Numbered from the stretch's first letter, positions 16,347 to 27,332 are shown. The stretch: DNA of 64,000 bases from Candidatus Omnitrophota bacterium (GCA_043808095.1 JAZDFF010000040.1:1908-65907); one strand, 5' to 3'. A program made the numbers and translations. The notes: a model not told the origin generated them from the sequence alone.

Positions 16347-17066
16347 CTATATTATCTCGGTTTTATCACCTAAAATCTCTTGAATTTTCTCTAGCTTCTT
16401 TTTATCTACCGCAAGGATCCCCGACTCTGCGGCTACGCGTACCGGCGAATTTAACTGAATCTTATCGGGGTTTATCATATCAATGGCTTCTTTTAATTTC
16501 TTAATCTGCCTTATGTCATCATTTATGCCACTAACTAACATTACCTCAAGCCAGATTTTGCCCTTGAATTCTTTTCTTAGGCTCACTAGGCCTTGAATAA
16601 TACCATCAAGCTTCAAATTTAGCTCGGGTCTATCAATCTTTTGCCAGATAGATACGGACACCGCATCAAGCGAAGGTACGATTAAATCCGCGCCAAGTAA
16701 TTGACTGCGCACCGAAGCCTGACTCAAAAAAGAGGAATTGGTAATAACGGCAACCGGTATATTGACAATCCTTTTAATTTGAAAAATAAATTCTCCTATA
16801 TTTACATTTAAAGTCGGCTCGCCCGAGCCGGAAAGGGTAATGTAATTTACGGTTTTTTGAATCTCATTATTGGCGCCTAACCAGGCCTTTAATTCGTTTA
16901 AGATCTCTTCGATTTTAATATATTCTTTTCTCTCAGTAGTTTTATGAGTCGTATCGCCCAGCTGGCAATATATGCAGTCGAAGGTGCAGGTTTTATAAGG
17001 CGTAAGACTTACGCCTAATGATAGGCCGAGCCTGCGCGATTTAACCGGTCCGTAAATATATTTCAT
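16347..17066 (-). CDS. Radical SAM protein
   Basis: YGPVKSRRLG, CTFDCIYC, SGSGEPTL. Confidence 0.92.
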   Translation of the reverse strand: MKYIYGPVKSRRLGLSLGVSLTPYKTCTFDCIYCQLGDTTHKTTERKEYIKIEEILNELKAWLGANNEIQKTVNYITLSGSGEPTLNVNIGEFIFQIKRIVNIPVAVITNSSFLSQASVRSQLLGADLIVPSLDAVSVSIWQKIDRPELNLKLDGIIQGLVSLRKEFKGKIWLEVMLVSGINDDIRQIKKLKEAIDMINPDKIQLNSPVRVAAESGILAVDKKKLEKIQEILGDKTEII

Positions 17067-17173
17067 AAATCACCAATTATCACGAATTACACACTAATTT
17101 CCACTAATTCATTTTGTGTAAATTTGTGTTTTCTGCCTGTCGTTGGACAGAGATCAGTGTAGATTCGTGTGTC

Positions 17174-17200
17174 AAAAAAAGGGATAGATTTTCTATCCCC
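17174..17200 (-). terminator. Rho-independent terminator of the lipid A operon
   Basis: GGGATAGA-AAA-TCTATCCC followed by T7. Confidence 0.75.
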
Positions 17201-17228
17201 GGTTTTATTATGCAAGTTTAGTAAAGGC

Positions 17229-18032
17229 TTAAATACCCACAACACAAATATTATTTTTATCGGCCAAGTTTAGAAAGACGGACTTATCAATAATCAAGGT
17301 TTTTTCCGCCTCGATTGCCAGGCACCTCGCCTTCACTCTGGCTAAAGTCTTTATCGTGCGGGGCCCGACTACAGGAATATCAAAACGCATATCCTGCTGT
17401 GGTTTACTTACTTTAACCACTGCCACCTCGCCCCGGCCAAGCCTTCCGCCTCTAAGGATTGTGGCGTCTGTGCCCTCCATGGCCTCAACTGCAAGAATTG
17501 CCTTATTTTTTACCACAACGGTCTGGCCGATATCTAGGGCACCCATAATCTTGGCGATCTCCATGCCAAAGTAAATATCATTCCAATCATCAAATGTCGG
17601 CTGTTGCCTGCCTAATACGCCTTTTTTGGCCAAAAATTCATCAAGATATAGTGTCGAGTCGAGTAATTCAATGCCTTCAATCTTTAGTCTATCGGCAATG
17701 GACCTGAATATCGTATCTGCCTTTCTATTTTCAATATCTTTAAATATATTCTTGATGTCATCGTCCCATTTTATTTTTTTATCAAATAGATGTTTGGGCT
17801 TAATCTGACCTGCCATCACCACTTTTTTTAGGCCTTCATTTTTAAATATGTTAACTATCTCTTTAAACTCTCCCAGCCTGATCCAGGTAATCTTATCAAC
17901 AACTCGGCCTAGGTCCGGATGCGTCTCGCCTCTAATTGCAGTGGCAACGAGCCCGATGTTGCGGGATCTTGCGGCTTGAGCAAAGATTAAGGGAAATCTT
18001 CCGTTACCGGCAATGAGGCCTAAGCGTTCCAT
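17229..18032 (-). CDS. lpxI: UDP-2,3-diacylglucosamine diphosphatase LpxI
   Basis: GLIAGNGRFP, DIGQTVV, EAMEGTD, QDMRFDIP. Follows lpxA. Confidence 0.93.
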   Translation of the reverse strand: MERLGLIAGNGRFPLIFAQAARSRNIGLVATAIRGETHPDLGRVVDKITWIRLGEFKEIVNIFKNEGLKKVVMAGQIKPKHLFDKKIKWDDDIKNIFKDIENRKADTIFRSIADRLKIEGIELLDSTLYLDEFLAKKGVLGRQQPTFDDWNDIYFGMEIAKIMGALDIGQTVVVKNKAILAVEAMEGTDATILRGGRLGRGEVAVVKVSKPQQDMRFDIPVVGPRTIKTLARVKARCLAIEAEKTLIIDKSVFLNLADKNNICVVGI

Positions 18033-18048
18033 AAAATCTCTCTGGTTT

Positions 18049-18822
18049 TTATCTGGTTATGCCTCTTTCTGAGGCCTTGACGAAGTCGACGAGATGGGAT
18101 ACTTCTTTACAGCCAGTAATCTCTTTTTCTATTTTTTCTAAAGCATGCGGGATAGAAATTTGAGAAAAAAACAGTATCTTAAAGGCATGTTTTAAGACGG
18201 TTATGGTTTCCTTGGGAAAATCGGCTCTTTTTAAACCGACTATATTTATACCAAAGACCTTTGCCGGATGGCCGTCACAAGTTGAATAAGGCGGGATATC
18301 CTGGACTACTTTGGAACAGCCGCCAATAATAGAAAGTGTTCCAATGCGCACAAACTGATGGATCGCAACCAAACCTCCTATTACCGCCTTATCCTCAAGA
18401 GTGACATGTCCTGCTAAGGTGCCATTATTGGCAATAACACAGCCGTTGCCTACCTTACAATCGTGGGCAACATGTGAATAGGCCATGAGCAAATTATTAT
18501 TACCGATTTCAGTCTTGGTATTTTTTTCCGTCGAAAGATTAATCGTAACAAACTCTCTTATGATATTATCATCCCCGATAGAAAGATATGACTCTTCGCC
18601 TTTATATTTTAGGTCTTGAGGAATACTCCCGATAACCGCGCCAGTAAAAATATTACAGCGCGCACCGATAGTAGTATTGCCTTTAATGGTGCAGTGATTA
18701 AGTATTCTTGTGCCTTCGCCAATAATTACCGGATCTTCTATAATAGTATAAGGGCCGACGAAACAACCGTCGGCCAATTTTGCTTTTTTAGAAACAATTG
18801 CCGTGGGATGGATATTTATCAT
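18049..18822 (-). CDS. lpxA: UDP-N-acetylglucosamine acyltransferase
   Basis: IHPTAIV, PQDLKY, HVAHDC, HQFVRIG. Confidence 0.97.
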   Translation of the reverse strand: MINIHPTAIVSKKAKLADGCFVGPYTIIEDPVIIGEGTRILNHCTIKGNTTIGARCNIFTGAVIGSIPQDLKYKGEESYLSIGDDNIIREFVTINLSTEKNTKTEIGNNNLLMAYSHVAHDCKVGNGCVIANNGTLAGHVTLEDKAVIGGLVAIHQFVRIGTLSIIGGCSKVVQDIPPYSTCDGHPAKVFGINIVGLKRADFPKETITVLKHAFKILFFSQISIPHALEKIEKEITGCKEVSHLVDFVKASERGITR

Positions 18823-18840
18823 AGAAACTTTTTTAGGATT

Positions 18841-20154
18841 CTATCCTTCTACTAACGCAAACAAAAGATCAGCCTCGGCAACGATTTTACCGTCAACCTT
18901 AGCCTGGGTATGGACCTGGCCGGTCTTTGACCTTACCTTCACCAACTCTACCTCTAGAACAAGCTGATCCCCGGGGACAACTGTCTTTCTAAATTTCGCA
19001 TTATCTATGGCCATAAAATAGGCAATCTTACCGGCATTTTGAGACTGAGATAGCATGAGTATCCCGCCGAGCTGAGCCATGGCCTCGATAATAAGCACAC
19101 CAGGCATAACCGGCCGCCCAGGGAAATGCCCGGTAAAGAAATTGTCATTTAGGCTGACGTTTTTAATCCCGACAGCGGATTTGCCTTCTTCAATAGAAAT
19201 TACCTTATCTACAAAAAGAAACGGATAACGGTGGGGTAAAATCTTCATTATCTCTTTTACGTCTAATTCTTTACCCTCGGGTATGTATCCTCCCTTAACT
19301 CCGCCTAATTCGTATCTTTGTTTCTGCTCGTAAATCCTGTTAATTAATTTAATATTAAGCGGGTGCCCGCTTTTTAGGGCTACAACATGACCACAAATAG
19401 GTTCGCCCAAAAGATACAAATCGCCGATTAAATCCAAGACCTTATGCCGGATGAATTCATCTTCACAGCGCAACTTATTTTTGACCACTCCTTTTTTACC
19501 CACGACAAGGGTATTTTCATAATTTGCGCCTTTGCCGAGACCCATATTAACTAAGTCATCTGCCTCATCTTCTAAACAAAAGGTCCGGCTTAAGGCAATA
19601 TTTTTCTCAAAACTATCCTTAGGCAGACTTAAAGATAAAAATTGGGCCTTTAATATAGGGAGTTCGTAATTTAAGGTATAAGAAATCTTAAATTCAGAGC
19701 TCGGTAAAATTGTGATTACCGCACCACCTTCTTCTTCTACAATCGGCTCTTTAATAGAAAAGTATTTACGCGGGATGTCTTGTTCTCTAAGGCCGGCTTT
19801 TTTAAGGGTATCAATAAAGCCGATAGCGCTTCCGTCGAGGCCTGGGACTTCGTTATTATCTATCTCGACTAAGATATTATCTATCCCCAGACCAGACAGT
19901 GCTGCCATCAGATGTTCTATGGTATGAACTTCACATCCGTCTTTTCCTATAGATGTACGACGAGGATTACGATGAATATCCAGGATATTTGTTATATCGG
20001 CCTTTATGGTCGGCCTGTCAGGCAGATCTACCCTGATGAAATTTATGCCTGTCTTAGGACTGGCGGGCTTGAAGGTCATATTTACCTTGTTTCCAGTATG
20101 TAAACCTGTCCCATTTAAACTGATTTCTTTATTTATTGTCTTTTGATATTCCAT
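18841..20154 (-). CDS. lpxC-fabZ: Bifunctional LpxC deacetylase / FabZ dehydratase
   Basis: GLHTG, TIEHLMAAL, HKVLDLIGDL, then LPHRYPFLFVD and GHFP..PVMPGV. Confidence 0.96.
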   Translation of the reverse strand: MEYQKTINKEISLNGTGLHTGNKVNMTFKPASPKTGINFIRVDLPDRPTIKADITNILDIHRNPRRTSIGKDGCEVHTIEHLMAALSGLGIDNILVEIDNNEVPGLDGSAIGFIDTLKKAGLREQDIPRKYFSIKEPIVEEEGGAVITILPSSEFKISYTLNYELPILKAQFLSLSLPKDSFEKNIALSRTFCLEDEADDLVNMGLGKGANYENTLVVGKKGVVKNKLRCEDEFIRHKVLDLIGDLYLLGEPICGHVVALKSGHPLNIKLINRIYEQKQRYELGGVKGGYIPEGKELDVKEIMKILPHRYPFLFVDKVISIEEGKSAVGIKNVSLNDNFFTGHFPGRPVMPGVLIIEAMAQLGGILMLSQSQNAGKIAYFMAIDNAKFRKTVVPGDQLVLEVELVKVRSKTGQVHTQAKVDGKIVAEADLLFALVEG

Positions 20155-21181
20155 TTATCTTCTTCTCCAGTTCTTCTATTTTCTTTTTTAATTCATCTAT
20201 GGTCTTCATGGTCGCAGGTAATCTCTGAACACATGCATTTACCCGCTTGGCAATATTGTGAGGTTTGGCCGGATAGCCAGAAACTTTGGTATTGGCCGCT
20301 ACAGTCTTAGTAACCCCGGCCTGGGCTGCTACAATCGCGTTGTCTCCTATACTAATATGCCCGACGATACCGGCCTGTCCGGCCAGTATTACATTGTTCC
20401 CTACCGTAGTACTTCCGGACACGCCGGCCTGGGCAATAATAATAGAATTTTCCCCCACTACAACATTGTGGGCAATCTGCACAAGATTGTCAATCTTTGT
20501 GCCGCGCCCCACAACTGTCTTATCAAACCTGGCCCGGTCAATGGTTACATTAGAACCAATCTCGACATCATCCTCGATAACCACTATCCCAATCTGGGGT
20601 ATACGCTGATGTATGCCCTTAACCTTGGCAAAGCCAAATCCGTCAGAGCCGATAACTGTGCCGCTGTGAATAACCACCCTGTTTCCAATTGTCACCCTTT
20701 CCCTGATAGAAACATTGGGATATATTATGCTGTCCCTACCGATTTTCGTGTAATGGCCAAGGTAACAGCCGGCATAGATAATTGCATTATCGTCAAGTTC
20801 TACCTTATCACAAACAACTACATACGCGCCTAATGCCACGGCCTTACCTAATTTCACGCCCTCTCCGATAATGGCAGTAGGATGAATTCCTTGCGGATAT
20901 TTGACCTCAACAGGCACTACCAGAGACAACATTTTGGCAAAGGCCAAAGAAGGATTCTCGGTGCGGATAATAGGCTTAGGACCTCTTTCAATCTCGGTTG
21001 AGGTGATAATTGCCGAGGCCTCGGTCTCCTGCATAAGGCCTGCATACTTGGGATTAGCCACAAAGGTGATATCGCCTTTTTTTGCCTCTTTTATCCCGCA
21101 GACGCCGGTAATTACGGTTTGAGGGTTTCCAACAACCTCCCCATCCAAAAATTCGGCGATTTCTTTAAGGGTCTTGCGCAT
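20129..21181 (-). CDS. lpxD: UDP-3-O-acylglucosamine N-acyltransferase
   Basis: GSDGFGF, KIDNLVQIAHNV, hexapeptide repeats. Confidence 0.97.
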   Translation of the reverse strand: MRKTLKEIAEFLDGEVVGNPQTVITGVCGIKEAKKGDITFVANPKYAGLMQETEASAIITSTEIERGPKPIIRTENPSLAFAKMLSLVVPVEVKYPQGIHPTAIIGEGVKLGKAVALGAYVVVCDKVELDDNAIIYAGCYLGHYTKIGRDSIIYPNVSIRERVTIGNRVVIHSGTVIGSDGFGFAKVKGIHQRIPQIGIVVIEDDVEIGSNVTIDRARFDKTVVGRGTKIDNLVQIAHNVVVGENSIIIAQAGVSGSTTVGNNVILAGQAGIVGHISIGDNAIVAAQAGVTKTVAANTKVSGYPAKPHNIAKRVNACVQRLPATMKTIDELKKKIEELEKKINGISKDNK

Positions 21182-21192
21182 AAAAAATATCT

Positions 21193-21714
21193 CTATTGTT
21201 TTTTCTTATAATTATTATTCAGTAGTTTAAGAACGCCTTCTGTGATATCTTTGGCATTATCGCCGTAGAGAAGCACCCTATCATTTAAAATGAAGGCGTA
21301 GTTATTACTCTTGGCAAAATCGCGTACCGCTCCTTCAATATCCTTTAAGATCTCTTTAATCTTTTCATCCCTGTCTTTTTTTATGTCCGTCTGCAACTGA
21401 TTATCCAATTCCATTAAATCTCTGCCCTTGGCATCAATAAGTTTCTGCTGTTTTTCTTTTTCTACGGCCTTTAATAAATCAAGTTTTGCCTGCAACCCTT
21501 TTAACTCATCGATTTTTTTCTTTCTCTCCTCTAATTTTGGACCTTGGGTGGCCTCTAATTTCTTTTCGTAATCAATGGTTTTCTGGTAAGAATCAAAAAG
21601 TTGGCTTAAGTCGACATAACCGATTTTTTCTGCTTCGGCAAAAGCACAACTCGTACCAACCGCCAGAGCCAAAACACATGCAAAAATCATAAGATGCATT
21701 TTAATACTGTTCAT
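21193..21714 (-). CDS. skp: OmpH/Skp periplasmic chaperone
   Basis: Signal peptide, KIGYVD, coiled coil, DITEGV. Between bamA and lpxD. Confidence 0.92.
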   Translation of the reverse strand: MNSIKMHLMIFACVLALAVGTSCAFAEAEKIGYVDLSQLFDSYQKTIDYEKKLEATQGPKLEERKKKIDELKGLQAKLDLLKAVEKEKQQKLIDAKGRDLMELDNQLQTDIKKDRDEKIKEILKDIEGAVRDFAKSNNYAFILNDRVLLYGDNAKDITEGVLKLLNNNYKKKQ

Positions 21715-21725
21715 TCCCCCTCCCC

Positions 21726-21863
21726 TTAATGAGTACTTGATTTATGGAGTCCAAGGGACGACATAAATCAATCTTCCATGAATAACTTCCTTGTTAGTAC
21801 GAATTAATCCCGAAGCTTAAGCTAAAATTATCGAAGAAAATTTTAGCTTGTTTTAAGCGAGGG
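21726..21863. mobile_element. TTAATGAG...CGAATTAA nested-palindrome element
   Basis: 21800-21863 is nearly identical to 55993-56056. Confidence 0.75.
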
Positions 21864-21994
21864 ATATGTCAACTTTGACCCCGTTAAAATAACGCTGCGA
21901 AAATTTATTCTAAATTTTCTTGCAGCTATCGGGGTAAGTTCGGACAGATAACTTATGGAGCCAGAATGGCGACATAAATTATAGTCTCATTTAC

Positions 21995-24325
21995 TTAAAA
22001 GAAACCGTGACTTATGCTAAAATGAAGTCTTCCCTGTCTTTTTGTCTCACCGGGTTCTTTATTTAAAGGATACCCGTAATCTAATCTTAGCGGACCAAGT
22101 GGCGTCTTTATCCTTAGCCCCAGGCCAACGCTTGATTTATATCCGCTCGACCCGAAGTCTTTAACCTTAGACCAGACATTACCCACATCAAAAAATGTTG
22201 CGCCTTTAATATACTCAACCAAAGGAAAAACATACTCTAAATTTCCTATAAGGAGCGCTTCGCCTCCTATGGGATCATCGGTAGCTGCATCTATCGGGCC
22301 CACCTTTCTTTCTCGGTAACCTCTAATAGTATCCGAACCACCGGCATAGAATCTTTCATAAATAGGCACCTCGTCAGAGCTTCCAAATGGCTGAGTGATG
22401 CCTGCGCGTATCTCTGATTGCAATACTGATTTTCTCGTGATAGGAATATAATTACTGAAGCTTCCGATAAATTTGGTAAAATTCTTATCGCCACCTAAAG
22501 GCCCGCCTGCTAATTCAGCTGCTCCAGATAATAACCTTCCTCTAGTCGGCTCAAAGATATTATCGCGAGTATCTCGGTCTAAACCAAACTCTGTGCTGAT
22601 GATTGTATTTTGCCCCTCTTCTTTTTTTAGGTCACTTGAGGCAGCTTCATCAATATTAGTAATCTCGATATTGTCAAATCGCCAAAATAGATGCGCCTTT
22701 AGATATTCGGATAATTCTTTGGCTAAACGCAAATCCCCGCCAGTCCGTTTTTCGTCGTAGGCATAACCTACGTCGGTGTCACGGTAATGTGATCTATTAT
22801 AAAGATCAAATCCGAAAGATAGCGGATAATCGAAAATCCAGGGCTCGGTAAAACTAAGACCGAATTCCTTACGTAAGCTTCCTAACTCGGCGCGAAGACT
22901 TAAATCCTGGCCGCCTCCGGTAAAATAAGGAAAATTTCTCCAGTCAAAGTTCTTCTGCTCAATCTGGGCAAAACCAATGAATTGATCGACGGAACTATAG
23001 CCGCCGCCAAACATAAATTCTCCGGTCTTAGATTCTTTTACCTGGACAATAAGATTCTTTTTGTTCGGTGCGCTGCCGGGCTCTGTGTCATAATTTATTT
23101 CTTCAAAGAAACCTAGGTTATTCAAACGCTCGCGGCTGCGTCTTAGTTTCTCGCCGCTAAACCGATCTGCCGGATAAATCCTTAATTCTCTTCTAATAAC
23201 CACGTCCTTGGTCTTGATATTACCTCTTATCTTAATCATATCCACATAGCCGATTTGGTTCTCAGCGATGTTATAGGTAATATTGACCCTGCCTGTTTGA
23301 GCATCTAAGGAAGTAGACTCTTTAACTTCGGCAAAGATGTAGCCCTTATCAAAGCAAAGGCTCTGGATGTTAGATACGTCCTGTGAAAGCCCATCCTGAC
23401 TAAAGACCTTCCCCGGCAGACATTCGCTTAAGTTGCTTCTGATCTCTTGTTCTTTAACAATACTGTTTCCTTCGATGCTGACCGTTCCCACTACATATTT
23501 AATTCCTTCTTTAATGTTAATAGAAACTGCGACCTTATTTTTCTTAAGTTTTTCTGTACTATATTCTACCTCAACATCCTGATAACCCCCGCGTTTATAA
23601 AATGCCCTGATCTTATCAATATCTTCTTTTAAGGTGCCTTCTTTATAGAGGCCGTTTCTTATGATGGTCAGGGGCCATATGAAAGGCCTGCGCGTCTTCA
23701 TAATACTTAGAACCTTTTTATAGCCGAATGCCGCATTGCCATTGATGGAGATTTTACTTACCATTAATTTTGTGCCTTCATCGATTAAGATGGTTACCTT
23801 AACCTTATTGGTATTTTCATCCAGGTCTGATTTTGAGTCTATGCTGACATGAGAAAAGCCTTTTCTTTGATAAAGCTTGACCAGCCCCTGGATATCATCC
23901 TTCAGCTTTGTCTGCTCTAAAAATTCATCTTTTTTTGTCTTCATTGCGCTTTTTAAGGCGTATTCGCCGATAGCGTGGCGGCCCTGGAAAATTATATTAT
24001 CCACAATCGGCAGTTCTTTAACTGTAAATATCACTTTAACGCCCTTTTCATAGTCTTGGGTATCTACCTCAATATCGCTAAAGAAGCCCAGGGAATACAG
24101 TTTTTTGATATCATCCTTGATCACCTGGTCAGAGAATGTCTGACCTAACTTTACCTTTAATTTAGACAGGATAGTAGCTGTACTGATGGTTTTATTACCA
24201 ATAATATCGATGGCGCTGACTCGCTGAGTCTTTTCTTGCACGCCAACCTGACCCTGGGCTATGACTATGGAATTTGACGCAAGATAGAAAATTCCTATTA
24301 AACTAAATATAATTATTTTCTTCAT
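21995..24325 (-). CDS. bamA: Outer membrane protein assembly factor BamA
   Basis: POTRA repeats, IRGY motif, TPLGPLRLDYG, C-terminal F. Confidence 0.96.
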   Translation of the reverse strand: MKKIIIFSLIGIFYLASNSIVIAQGQVGVQEKTQRVSAIDIIGNKTISTATILSKLKVKLGQTFSDQVIKDDIKKLYSLGFFSDIEVDTQDYEKGVKVIFTVKELPIVDNIIFQGRHAIGEYALKSAMKTKKDEFLEQTKLKDDIQGLVKLYQRKGFSHVSIDSKSDLDENTNKVKVTILIDEGTKLMVSKISINGNAAFGYKKVLSIMKTRRPFIWPLTIIRNGLYKEGTLKEDIDKIRAFYKRGGYQDVEVEYSTEKLKKNKVAVSINIKEGIKYVVGTVSIEGNSIVKEQEIRSNLSECLPGKVFSQDGLSQDVSNIQSLCFDKGYIFAEVKESTSLDAQTGRVNITYNIAENQIGYVDMIKIRGNIKTKDVVIRRELRIYPADRFSGEKLRRSRERLNNLGFFEEINYDTEPGSAPNKKNLIVQVKESKTGEFMFGGGYSSVDQFIGFAQIEQKNFDWRNFPYFTGGGQDLSLRAELGSLRKEFGLSFTEPWIFDYPLSFGFDLYNRSHYRDTDVGYAYDEKRTGGDLRLAKELSEYLKAHLFWRFDNIEITNIDEAASSDLKKEEGQNTIISTEFGLDRDTRDNIFEPTRGRLLSGAAELAGGPLGGDKNFTKFIGSFSNYIPITRKSVLQSEIRAGITQPFGSSDEVPIYERFYAGGSDTIRGYRERKVGPIDAATDDPIGGEALLIGNLEYVFPLVEYIKGATFFDVGNVWSKVKDFGSSGYKSSVGLGLRIKTPLGPLRLDYGYPLNKEPGETKRQGRLHFSISHGFF

Positions 24326-24338
24326 TGTCTATAAGGTC

Positions 24339-25676
24339 TCATTCGAAGCTCGAAAAATTCTCAAAACGCATATATTCTTTGATAAAAGATAATTTCATAA
24401 TACCGACTGGGCCGTTCCTTTGCTTAGCGATATTTACCTCAGCAATACCTTTATTGTCTTCGTTAGGACTGTAATATTCTTCACGGAGCAACAAAACCAC
24501 TAAATCAGCATCCTGCTCAATTGCCCCTGACTCCCTAAGGTCTGAAAGCTGTGGCCGGTGATCTTGCCTTGACTCAACCGCACGGGACAGCTGGCTAATA
24601 GCGATTACGGGGGACTTCAACTCTCTGGCCAGGGCCTTAAGCGAACGGGAAATATCAGAAATTTCCTGCTGCCTGTTTTCGATGCGTCCGCTTCCGCGCA
24701 CAAGCTGGAGATAATCCAAGACTATCAGCCTTATATCATGCTGTGATTTAAGCCTTCTGGCCTTTGCCCTCAACTCTAAAACCGTCATCGCCGGTGTATC
24801 ATCTATAAAAAGAGAGGTCTCTGAGAGTTTGCTGGCGGCGGTAGTGAGCCTGGGCCAATCAGAAGGCGATAAAAATCCTGTCCTTACTTTATGGGCGTCT
24901 ACCCGGGCATGAGAACAAAGGATGCGCTGGGCGAGTTGCTCTTTAGACATCTCCAGGCTAAAAAAAGCAACCGGTAATTTTTCCGTTACCGCCACATACT
25001 CGGCGATATTAATGGCAAAAGAACTTTTACCCATCGAAGGCCTTCCGGCAATCACAATCAAATCCGAATCCTGCAGGCCTGCGGTTTTGGTATCGAAATC
25101 GATAAATCCCGTCGGAATTCCCGTTACATGGGCCTTTTTCTGGTATAACTGGTCGATCCTCTCGATCGTATCTTTTATGACATCCTTCATCGAGATGCTC
25201 GTGCCAGAAACCCGAAAATCAGATATCTCAAATATCAATCTCTCGGCGCGGTCAAGAATCTCATCGATATTATCCTGGGATTCGTAACTGTCGCTTACTA
25301 TTCTTGTAGCATGATTAATCAATAACCTCAGGAGGCTCTTTTCCTTAACAATGCTGGCATAATGTCCGACGTTTGCGGCGGTAGGAACGGTGTTGGTAAG
25401 GGCAGTCAGATATGCCGCTCCGCCGATCTCATCTAATTGGTTAAGACCGCGTAATTCGTCGCTTAAGGTAATAAGGTCTATGGCCTTACTATTGCTGTAT
25501 AGGTTTACTATGCAGGAAAATATTTTTTTATGCATATCCACGTAGAAACAATCCTCATCAACCATCTCCAGGGCCCGATGGATAGCATCTTCATCGATAA
25601 TCATAGAGCCTAATAAAGCCATCTCTGCTTCGATGTTTTGCGGAGGGATTTTTTCTAACAGGGTTATATTTGACAT
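24339..25676 (-). CDS. dnaB: Replicative DNA helicase
   Basis: PPQNIEAE, GRPSMGKS, SLEM, DYLQL, DLRESGAIEQDAD, KQRNG. Confidence 0.98.
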   Translation of the reverse strand: MSNITLLEKIPPQNIEAEMALLGSMIIDEDAIHRALEMVDEDCFYVDMHKKIFSCIVNLYSNSKAIDLITLSDELRGLNQLDEIGGAAYLTALTNTVPTAANVGHYASIVKEKSLLRLLINHATRIVSDSYESQDNIDEILDRAERLIFEISDFRVSGTSISMKDVIKDTIERIDQLYQKKAHVTGIPTGFIDFDTKTAGLQDSDLIVIAGRPSMGKSSFAINIAEYVAVTEKLPVAFFSLEMSKEQLAQRILCSHARVDAHKVRTGFLSPSDWPRLTTAASKLSETSLFIDDTPAMTVLELRAKARRLKSQHDIRLIVLDYLQLVRGSGRIENRQQEISDISRSLKALARELKSPVIAISQLSRAVESRQDHRPQLSDLRESGAIEQDADLVVLLLREEYYSPNEDNKGIAEVNIAKQRNGPVGIMKLSFIKEYMRFENFSSFE

Positions 25677-25843
25677 GCTATTAAAATCCAAGAATTAAAA
25701 TGACATGTTAGAATCCACGTTTAAGGGATAGCAGGGTGTAGTAAGGGATAGTAAGGGTAAGAAAGGGGGATTTTTAAAATTTTTGCTAACCCCTTCTAAC
25801 CCGTCCTGACCCTTTCTAACCCTTAAATCTTTTGATTTTTGCA

Positions 25844-26287
25844 TTACTTTTTAACTACCCAGACCTTGATCTTGGTCTTGATATCATGGCCTAAATCTAC
25901 GTCTACATCATAAATCCCCAAATCTTCGATGGGGTCTTTTAAGAGAATCTGCTTCTTATCTATTGAAATGCCTTCTTGTCCTAAAACACGGGCAATATCT
26001 AAAGCAGCAACGCTTGCATATAACTTATCCTGTTCGTGGGTCTCAACGCTTATGGTATAAGAGGTATTAGAAATCTTCTGGGCAAGTTCTCGGGCATCAT
26101 TTTTTTCTTTCTCCTCTTTGGCAATTTTGAGCTTTTTTTCCATCTCCAGTCTTTTCACATTTGCCTGAGTCATCACCAAAGCAAGACCTTTGGGGATAAG
26201 ATAATTACGGGCGTAACCTTCTTTCACTATTACATTATCTCCAGTCTTGCCTAAATGCTCAATATCTTTTCGTAATATTACTTCCAT
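25844..26287 (-). CDS. rplI: 50S ribosomal protein L9
   Basis: MEVIL..D...LG..G..V.VKEGYARNYLIP. Confidence 0.97.
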   Translation of the reverse strand: MEVILRKDIEHLGKTGDNVIVKEGYARNYLIPKGLALVMTQANVKRLEMEKKLKIAKEEKEKNDARELAQKISNTSYTISVETHEQDKLYASVAALDIARVLGQEGISIDKKQILLKDPIEDLGIYDVDVDLGHDIKTKIKVWVVKK

Positions 26288-26289
26288 CT

Positions 26290-26553
26290 CTATCTTCCTG
26301 TATAAGATAAAACAGCTAGGTATCTAGCTCGTTTTATTGCCTCGGTAAGACGCCTTTGGTGTTTAGCGCAATTACCCGAAAAGCGACTCGATTGCATTTT
26401 CCCTCGCTCAGAAATAAATTTCTCTAATAATTTTATCTCTTTATAATCTATGACAATTTGTTTATCCCTACAAAATCTACAAAAGCGCTTTCTCAATGCC
26501 TCTTTTCCATAAAAACCTTCCCTCTTTTTTTTCTTCTTCTTAATTATCATCAT
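26290..26553 (-). CDS. rpsR: 30S ribosomal protein S18
   Basis: CRFC..IDYK..ERGK..CAKHQR..IKRAR. Confidence 0.97.
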   Translation of the reverse strand: MMIIKKKKKKREGFYGKEALRKRFCRFCRDKQIVIDYKEIKLLEKFISERGKMQSSRFSGNCAKHQRRLTEAIKRARYLAVLSYTGR

Positions 26554-26566
26554 TGTCTCCTTAGAG

Positions 26567-27025
26567 CTAAATCTGACTTTTGTCTATATCTTCTTCGGCA
26601 GGAACATCCTCCTGCCATGGAGTCTCGGGCCCTGGCATGGCCTTGCCTTCCTCAGCAGGCCCCTCGACCATTCCGGTTCTGGCCTTTGTATCGCCAGGTG
26701 ACCCTAAGAATTGTATGCGCTCTCCCCTGACTTCTAATACATTTCTTTTTTTGCCCTCGTTATCTTCCCAGGAACGCGACTGCAGCCTCCCTTCAACAAA
26801 TAAGGGCTTTCCTTTCTGCAGATATTGGTTGCATACCTCGGCCTGTTTATCCCAGACCACAACGGTAAGAAAGCAGACATCAGTCTTTGCTTCTCCGGTC
26901 TTATCTTTGTATCGCCGGTTTACTGCCATCCTTAGATTAGCCACTGCTGTGCCCTGAGGCGTATAACGCAGTTCCGGATCCCGGGTAAGATTACCAATTA
27001 AAAATACTTTATTAAAATTTGCCAT
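26567..27025 (-). CDS. ssb: Single-stranded DNA-binding protein
   Basis: NKVFLIGNLTRDPELRYT, VEGRLQSRSW. Confidence 0.97.
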   Translation of the reverse strand: MANFNKVFLIGNLTRDPELRYTPQGTAVANLRMAVNRRYKDKTGEAKTDVCFLTVVVWDKQAEVCNQYLQKGKPLFVEGRLQSRSWEDNEGKKRNVLEVRGERIQFLGSPGDTKARTGMVEGPAEEGKAMPGPETPWQEDVPAEEDIDKSQI

Positions 27026-27037
27026 TATGGTACCTCG

Positions 27038-27328
27038 CTATTTTGTATTTCTTAAAATCATAGATCTTAAGATATTCTCATTCATTAGAAATATTTGTTT
27101 TAATGTCAGCATAGCACTTGGCATAGCGGTAAAACGGGCAAGATAATAGGTGCCCTCGCTGGAACCTTTGATAGGATAGGCCAATTTCTTTTTTGCTGAC
27201 CAGACTTCGGCGCTTAAATTGGCCCCTGTATTCTTTGAAATTGCGTCCTGGATCTGCTTAAAAACTAAATTCAACTGGTCTTCCGCTAAACTCCCCTTTA
27301 CCACAAACATAGCTTCATAATTATTCAC
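27038..27328 (-). CDS. rpsF: 30S ribosomal protein S6
   Basis: YEAMF, KLAYPI, EGTY, ILR. rpsF-ssb-rpsR order. Confidence 0.93.
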   Translation of the reverse strand: MNNYEAMFVVKGSLAEDQLNLVFKQIQDAISKNTGANLSAEVWSAKKKLAYPIKGSSEGTYYLARFTAMPSAMLTLKQIFLMNENILRSMILRNTK

Positions 27329-27332
27329 TCTG

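Noticed and set aside
18841-20154. LpxC-FabZ fusion as a novelty
   Set aside because: A known fusion in several diderm phyla
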